Below are positions 60,231 through 64,000 of a stretch of 64,000 nt of DNA, piece after piece; the stretch's first letter is position 1; every line of letters starts with the position of its first letter. Origin of the DNA: Schizochytrium sp. TIO01 (lineage: Eukaryota > Protista > Bigyra: Labyrinthulomycetes); assembly GCA_004764695.1 (NCBI GenBank), contig SMSO01000035.1, forward strand, positions 2,480,001 through 2,544,000, given 5' to 3'. Under the pieces are notes generated by a model that was not told where the DNA came from, searched no databases, and saw only the letters and a program-made list of their open reading frames with translations. A program made the position numbers and the translations under genes.

Positions 60231-61430
60231 ATGGGCGGCAGCAACCCTGGTGAATTTGACTTTTACTTGCTTGCGCAGTCGTGGGCAGCCCACTTTTGCT
60301 GCTTGAAGCCGTACGTTTCTTTCTGCACGTGGAGTTGCAATGGCAGGGAACGGGAATGGAGATGAACATAGCGGAGGTAAAGGAAAAACAAAGGTTGAGT
60401 AGAGTGAGGAGGAGAAGCGAAGGAGCCCACTGCCCCCCCGTACATAATGGACTATCTTCAATAGATGGAGTGCGAGCTTGCAGACATTGAGGCCAATTTC
60501 GCGGACCACGGTTTTTTTGGTTTCAATTGCGGTACTGGTGAAATTACAGAGAAGTCATAAGAAGGTGTTTCTTTTGCAGGCTTTGAGTTGTGGAATGAAT
60601 GGGCATCGCTACAGACGAGTGATGTGTGGAGAGTCTTATTGAAATACAAAACCAATGTGCCTATGTCGGTGTGCTTATGGATAGAGAGTTTGAAGATTGA
60701 ATTGAAGAGAGTCCACGGTTAACTAACTAGAATACATTCATAACCTTGTTATGGTGCATCTGGGCTTTAACCAATCATTGTGAATTATTGCTCCTGTTGT
60801 TTACCACATGCATCGATGTGCGCATTGGCTGTCTCAACATTGGTATTGCACAGGGAGCGATGCGCCACCGTTGAAGAGGCATGGTCCAGCTCCAAACTCA
60901 TGCTTCACGGCCTTTGGCCCGCGTACTTCAACAAGCGTGAGGATGGCCGCTACCCTGCAGACTGTGCTGTGGAGGCTAAGTTTGACAAGGTAGTGATCCC
61001 GCCCCTTGCCCTCAAGTTGGCACCGAACTACCATGGTGGTCTCGCTCGCCACGAGTGGAACAAGCACGGTACCTGCAGTGGTATGCCGCCCAAGCTCTAC
61101 TTCGAGGAGGCCCTCCGTACCATGCTTGCTATCCCTAAGACTAGCCAGGGCACCCCTGAGGTCATCTCAAGCCACATCGGCAGTGAAGTCGAATCTGGGG
61201 ATGTGCGCCGTGCCTACGTCCGTGAGGTTGGTATCAAGGTCTCCGATAAATGTGTGCTCGAGGAGATCACCACCTGCTGGGACAAGGGTGAGAAGAAGTA
61301 TGGCGTTGAGAAGGTCGGCCAGCAGATTGACTGCCCAGACTACATTATGCGTGGGTTCCGTAACAACTGCGACTCAGGCAAGTGCAAGGGTAAGATTCGC
61401 ATCCCCAAGATCGGCCAGTGCGAGATCTAA
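60231..61430 (+). CDS. Ribonuclease T2 family; exons 60231-60310 and 60854-61430
   Basis: Exon 1 MGGSNPGEFDFYLLAQSWAAHFCCLKP splices (GTACGT..CAG, phase 2, 543 nt) in frame to ERC...LMLHGLWP (CAS I) and LARHEWNKHGTCSG (CAS II). Confidence 0.9.
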
Positions 61431-62380
61431 TCGGTCTTTGCAAGACCTTCACATCCAGCACAATGCATCTGCCGCCATGAGCTTGCCTAGATCCCGTTTT
61501 GCTTTTCTTCTTTCTGTATTTTCCTGCCAATATACCAGTACGAAGTTGCATATTCTGGGAATCTAGAAGGCCTTGAATTTGTTTCTAGAGGACGGCTTGT
61601 TCTAATCGTAGTTTTTGACAAGCCATACCTAACCCTTGAAAAGTCTTTGCCACCTTTTTTTATTTTTTTTATTTTTTTAAATTTCACTTCCTTCATTTTT
61701 TTAAAACCTCAGTTGAAATACCGAAGTTCATGACTTTGTATTTTATAAACTGCGAACAGTACACATTTTTACGAATGCGAATGTAATCTCACAATATGAG
61801 GGTCGAAAACCAGAAGAAGAGGATTTGCCTTGCTCTGAAACTTGAGACGAAGTTTGGGTGTTATAAAGCCCCAGCCATATGCGTGAGAATATAGTTCTCA
61901 GGGCATGATCAAACCTGTATTTTAAGTATGTATCGATGCGATGAATCTTAAATTGTTGCAGTTCAATAGAGATTTCTTGTTGAAGTTTTATTCGATTTCG
62001 ATTTGTCCGGATGCGAGAAAAATATTTTTAAATTAAAAGAGAATCAAAAATTTTACAAGGTTTCTTAGTTCTATATTGACGAAGTAGGGAACTACCAGGG
62101 AAAGGGACTCTTCTCCCCCTCCCCATTTTGTTTCTATACTAGGGACCTTCGTTTATCTGGAAAGGACAGAACAAATGAAACATGATGGAGGAGGCTCAGT
62201 GAAACACACTGCACAGCATCAACAAAACAAGCAACACGCATCTCAATGCATTTTCTTGCTATTGACGATGAAAAGCTCCCGCATCTGCCCGTCATATACT
62301 GTTTCCTTTGATTTGAAACAGATGTTTTGAAGCAGCAATGAAAAAAGCAGTGTCTGCACAGAAGCGGTAAAAGAAAGCAA

Positions 62381-63771
62381 TCACAAGGGGATATTGTTGC
62401 TTCGAGCAATTTCGTAAAACGCACCAATGTTGGGAGGTCCTTGTGATAAGATTGCAAACACTTGCTCCATCGCACGGCCCATGGCAGCGCCGTCAGAATC
62501 AGAGCTTGGACGAGCAGTTTCGGCCAAGCGCATTGTCACAGAAACAAGCTCATAATAAGCGCCAGGGCCCATATCAAAAAGAGCCCAATATGGACGAGAG
62601 CTTGTTGCGTATGAGCCATTTCTCAAGCCGAATTGGTCTGCAAGGTGGGTGTTAATTTGCCCAAGAGACGCAACGATAGGCATCGAAGACGACTCCAGAA
62701 CATTGCGATTGTGCTCCAAGTAATAGGCGAGACAGTGTAGGCCTAACATCCCATTCGGGCCCAGGAAGCTCTTGTCTTGAAGGGGATTTTCTTTGGTAAA
62801 TCCAAGCAGGCGCCATTGAGGGCCAGAACGCTCGAATGACTCCTGGGGAAAACATGATTTCCAACTTGTCTGTAACAAATCAACGTGCTCGCGGTTGTCA
62901 CTATCAAAAGTCTCCCTCATCTTACGTGAAATACTATCAAGTGCACCTTTTTGTTGAGTGTTTGGTGTTGTTTCCCTGTTCCCAGCGTAGGTCATTGCAG
63001 CCTGCCCTGCCTTTTTCAAAAAACCAAAGGTATTTTTACCAAAAGAGCTATTCGAGAAAGCGCCACTTGTCAGTCCACTAAAGTAGCTTGCTGCTTTACT
63101 TGCGCCACTACCGCTCCAACTACCTGCGCCACTACCACTACTACTATTGACATCTCCCGTCATCGAGGATGCACCGCCACGAAATTCGTCGTGTTGTTGC
63201 TGCTGTCGCTTTCGCGCTACAGCAGCACGCCGAGAGCGCTCACCATCAGAAGACGAGTAAGATGATGATCCCGATGAAGATGAAGATGAAGATTCTGACC
63301 CAGAATCACCTTCGTCTTCATCACCGGAGGTCGCACTGAAGGGATCTTCTTCTCCAAAACTTAAATTCTGTTCTTGTGCGGCCGAGGAGCTGTTGCTGCT
63401 CCCGAAGAAGGCATCAAAGTCTTCGTGTCCATCTGACACAGGAGGAGGCGGTGGTGTCAAATCACGTTCTGCGATTGCCGGGGGTGTTGTGCGAACGGCG
63501 GGGGGCTCTTCTTGGCGATTGCTGAAAAAGTCGAATTCTCCCTCTTCACCAGCAGGTACACCATCGTCAAAATCACCAAATTCGTCATCGTCAAAGTCAT
63601 CCTCATGAACTGTCTCCGAGTCATCATCATAATTAATAGGCAGGGCCCGGATGTGCGGGGGTCCACCGGTGGGACTTCTTGGCGCCTCATCATCTGGTTG
63701 CAGTAAATCTTGCCACACTACTGCTCCGCTGTCTAAAACCACTCTGGCACGAAAGTGAAACTCGCCATTCT
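62381..63771 (-). CDS. ELMO/CED-12 domain protein with probable N-terminal DIX domain (5' exon(s) probably outside the window)
   Basis: FDSDNREHVDLLQTSW..QWRLLGFTKENP..GMLGLHCLAYY is ELMO-like. After the acceptor CAG (63772-63774) the frame reads NGEFHFRARVVLDSGAVVWQDL..P....HIRAL, resembling the C-terminal half of DIX. Confidence 0.78.
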
Positions 63772-64000
63772 CTGATATATTTTAACACCGTGGCATGACG
63801 ACATTCATTTGCAAGTTCGTTCGGATTCCCATTGACACCATAAAATACGTTTTCCATCATCGTTTTGGTATTTGAATATCACCATCTTTTACGTTAGTCT
63901 GATCATGCTCTCAAAGTCCCTAATTTCCAATTCGACCCCCTTTGTGTTGTGCGACCATTGTAGTCATTTTCTCGTAACACATCATCTGTTGTGCATATCA

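Noticed and set aside
60780-60853. N-terminus of the 216-aa RNase T2 ORF as called by the ORF track
   Set aside because: Intronic. The conserved N-terminal motif is in the exon at 60231-60310.
16459-61430. ADAT1, TRM13, PNP and RNase T2 as an RNA/inosine metabolism cluster
   Set aside because: Spread over 45 kb among unrelated genes in mixed orientation, so coincidence is sufficient.

Overview
Eukaryotic, intron-poor genomic DNA. I infer a stramenopile protist, probably a thraustochytrid, from the GTAAG..AG introns, tetranucleotide microsatellites, Pro/Thr-repeat ectodomain and a DIX-like domain. Recognisable genes: ADAT1-like tRNA deaminase, SulP/STAS/cNMP transporter, purine nucleoside phosphorylase, TRM13, sphingolipid delta-4 desaturase (3 exons), polyQ MYB factor with four repeats, ankyrin-BTB protein, a small membrane protein, a giant receptor-like kinase, RNase T2 (2 exons) and an ELMO-domain protein. 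Intergenic DNA holds several decayed ORFs. The standout is an apparently intact 4,489-bp piggyBac-type DNA transposon (7066-11554; 9-bp TIRs, TTAG target duplication, covarying subterminal palindromes). Its single 1171-aa protein carries a YqaJ/lambda-exonuclease-like nuclease plus a SAP-like motif nested inside the DDD catalytic core. Other unusual items: a non-RD receptor kinase joined through a G_GUU_UUU -1 frame change to a MAP2K-like pseudokinase, a PNP ending in a MutS-C-terminal-like domain, a probable DIX-ELMO fusion, and a ~10.9-bp-phased A-tract array. All family assignments come from motif recognition by eye; no searches were run.
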